A DNA stretch of 64,000 nucleotides, from contig CABZNY010000005.1 of NCBI GenBank assembly GCA_902527265.1, positions 2,511 to 66,510 of the forward strand, in the 5' to 3' direction. The notes under the pieces are model-generated. The model did not search any database, was not told the origin of the DNA, and was given only the letters and a program-made list of their open reading frames with translations. The DNA comes from an uncultured Pelagibacteraceae bacterium (lineage in GTDB: Bacteria; Pseudomonadota; Alphaproteobacteria; Pelagibacterales; Pelagibacteraceae). Numbering within the stretch: position 1 is the first letter of the stretch; each line of letters opens with the position of its first letter. The position numbers were made by a program, and so were the translations under genes. Positions 61,886 to 64,000 of this stretch are shown here, piece by piece.

Positions 61886-62434
61886 ATGAAAAATCTAATA
61901 ATAATTGGAGTAACTATAATTATGTTTTTTTTTAAAAATTCATCACATGCAGATTATGAAAAAATCTTTTATGACTTTAAAATAAATAGTATTTCGGGTG
62001 AAGTAATAGATTTAAATGATTTTAAAGGTAAGGCTGTTTTAGTTGTAAATACTGCTAGTTACTGTGGATTTACTAAGCAATATGAAGATATGCAAAAGTT
62101 ATGGGATAGATATCGAGATGAGGGGTTAATTGTACTTGGAATACCATCAAATTCATTTAATCAGGAAAAAAAAGTGAATAGTGAAGTAAAAAAATTTTGC
62201 GAGGTTAACTTTAATATTAACTTTCCACTTACTGAAATAACTGATGTAAAAGGTGATAAAGCACATGAAATTTATAAATGGGCCAAAGAAAACTACGGTA
62301 AATCTGCTGTACCAAAATGGAATTTTTATAAAATTTTAATTAATAAAGAAGGTACTATTGAAGATACTTATGCATCTTTAACCAACCCAACATCAAAAAA
62401 AATTACAAAAAAAATTGAAAGTTTATTAGATTAA
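61886..62434 (+). CDS. Glutathione peroxidase-family peroxidase
   Basis: VNTASYCGFT.QY, PSN.F.QE, PKWNF.K. Confidence 0.93.
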   Translation: MKNLIIIGVTIIMFFFKNSSHADYEKIFYDFKINSISGEVIDLNDFKGKAVLVVNTASYCGFTKQYEDMQKLWDRYRDEGLIVLGIPSNSFNQEKKVNSEVKKFCEVNFNINFPLTEITDVKGDKAHEIYKWAKENYGKSAVPKWNFYKILINKEGTIEDTYASLTNPTSKKITKKIESLLD

Positions 62435-63199
62435 TACTGTTAATCCATCATGTGCAGGAATTACATTTTTGGGTAATTTTTTTTTTATCTCATTATAATC
62501 TATTTCATTACTGAGATTTGTAAGAATTGCTTTCTTGGGTTTAACTTTTCTAATTAAATTTAGCACATCATCTAAATTAAAATGTGTTGGATGATAATTA
62601 TATCTTAAACAATCAATAATAAAATATTTTAATTTTTTTAAATATCTTAAATCTTTGCTATCTATATAGTTGACATCAGGTGCATATGCACATTTATTAT
62701 TAATAATATAACAAATACTTTTTATTGAGCCATGATGAACCTTTAATGATTTAATAACGATTTTACTATTTTCATCATTTAATATGTGTTTATTCTTTAA
62801 AGTTATGGCATCAAGTATTGACGGATAATTTTTGTAGTCTTCAAAGCAATAACCAAAGGTATTAATAAGACTTCTTTTTGTAATTAAGTCAGCATAAATA
62901 GGTATTTTTTTTCTATTTTTTAATGAAAACACTCTTAATTCGTTGATTCCATGTGTTTGATCTGCATGAGCGTGTGTATAAAAAACTTTATCAATATTTT
63001 TAACTTTATTTGCTAACAATTGAGATTTTAAATCTGGAGAAGTATCAATTAGTATGTTTAAATTTTTAGATCTTATTAAAGCTGAACATCTTGTACGTAC
63101 ATTTTTCTTATTATTGGGATCACAGTTTCCATAATAACCATCAATTCTAGGTATACCTAGGGAACTACCACATCCCAATATGGTAAATTTTAAGGTCAT
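62426..63199 (-). CDS. MBL-fold metallohydrolase (PhnP-like)
   Basis: LGCGSS.GIP, THAHADQ, PTH, PAHDG. Confidence 0.9.
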   Translation of the reverse strand: MTLKFTILGCGSSLGIPRIDGYYGNCDPNNKKNVRTRCSALIRSKNLNILIDTSPDLKSQLLANKVKNIDKVFYTHAHADQTHGINELRVFSLKNRKKIPIYADLITKRSLINTFGYCFEDYKNYPSILDAITLKNKHILNDENSKIVIKSLKVHHGSIKSICYIINNKCAYAPDVNYIDSKDLRYLKKLKYFIIDCLRYNYHPTHFNLDDVLNLIRKVKPKKAILTNLSNEIDYNEIKKKLPKNVIPAHDGLTVLI

Positions 63200-63957
63200 G
63201 TATTAAAAAATAATCTATTAAAATTTTCTGTAGTTATTTTATCAAGTTCTTGAACTTCAATATTTTTTAACTCTGATAGTTTTTTTAAGGTGTAACGTAC
63301 AAAAGATGGTTCATTTTTCTTACCTCTCATTGGCTCGGGTGCTAAAAAGGGACTGTCTGTTTCAATTAGTAATCTTTCTAAAGGTAAATGTTCAAACGTA
63401 TTTTGAAGGTCATTGCTATTTTTAAATGTAATAATACCGCTAGCTGAAAAATAAGAATTAAGATCCATTAATTTTAAAGCAAATGGAAGTGAACCTGTGA
63501 AACAATGCATCAGGATTTTTAATTTCTTGTCTGAATTTTTTAATATTTCATAAGTTTCATCTTCAGCATTTCTAGAATGAACAATTAAAGGGAAATTTAA
63601 TTCTAATGCAGCATTAATATGATTTTTGAAACTTGTGATTTGTTTATCTTTATCGCTATTGTTATAATAAAAGTCCAAACCTGTCTCTCCCACTCCAATA
63701 ATTTTACTATTTGATTTGATTTTGCTGATTATTTCCTCTTTTGAAAGTTGATCTGTGTTTGTTTCGTGAGGATGGATACCAAAAGTGCCATAAATCATTT
63801 CGTCTTTATCAATAATCTCCAAAATTTTTGGAAAACCACTTAATTTTGTAGAAATTGTTAATACTTTATTAATTCCCTCCTTTTTGCATCTTGATAAAAC
63901 ATCTTGAATATTTTGAGCTAAAGGTTCGTGATCTAGGTGACAATGTGAATCAATCAT
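63196..63957 (-). CDS. tatD: TatD family deoxyribonuclease
   Basis: DSHCH, GIHPH, GETGLD, ETDSPFLAP; start at MIDSH. Confidence 0.93.
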   Translation of the reverse strand: MIDSHCHLDHEPLAQNIQDVLSRCKKEGINKVLTISTKLSGFPKILEIIDKDEMIYGTFGIHPHETNTDQLSKEEIISKIKSNSKIIGVGETGLDFYYNNSDKDKQITSFKNHINAALELNFPLIVHSRNAEDETYEILKNSDKKLKILMHCFTGSLPFALKLMDLNSYFSASGIITFKNSNDLQNTFEHLPLERLLIETDSPFLAPEPMRGKKNEPSFVRYTLKKLSELKNIEVQELDKITTENFNRLFFNT

Positions 63958-64000
63958 TTTTTTCAATTTTTTTAAACAAAATATCTAATTTGTTCAATTT
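63950..64000 (-). CDS. 3' end of upstream gene, probably methionyl-tRNA synthetase (partial)
   Basis: Reads KLNKLDILFKKIEKND*, stop overlaps tatD start; metG-tatD-MBL synteny is common in alphaproteobacteria. Confidence 0.45.
   Translation of the reverse strand, partial: KLNKLDILFKKIEKND

Overview
AT-rich, densely packed, streamlined alphaproteobacterial chromosome segment. Gene content and order are typical of Pelagibacterales (SAR11); this is an inference from content, not a database hit. Most of the window is core housekeeping: gatCAB, soxBDAG, dapA-smpB-folK-spoT-pyrE-pdxJ-acpS-lepB-rnc-recO, hemB, glyA-nrdR-rib-nusB-thiL, hppA, hom, argC, rplM-rpsI, two metY paralogues, ctaA, plsX, glpX, sbmA, nhaA, tatD and three tRNAs (Ser-GCT, Glu-TTC, Pro-TGG). 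An accessory zone at about 31.5-44.4 kb holds four things. (1) A glycosyltransferase cluster. (2) A Cre-like tyrosine recombinase with a 10-7-10 inverted-repeat site just upstream, near where the dominant gene orientation flips (possible dif-like terminus system). (3) A GC-rich, highly structured ~185-nt RNA ending in a terminator upstream of a minimal MGMT gene. (4) A candidate undescribed defence-like module: an M.PvuII-like methyltransferase divergent from an operon of a small helical protein, a GHKL/MORC ATPase with two Ig-like domains, a winged-helix protein and a small frameshifted gene, with no recognisable nuclease.
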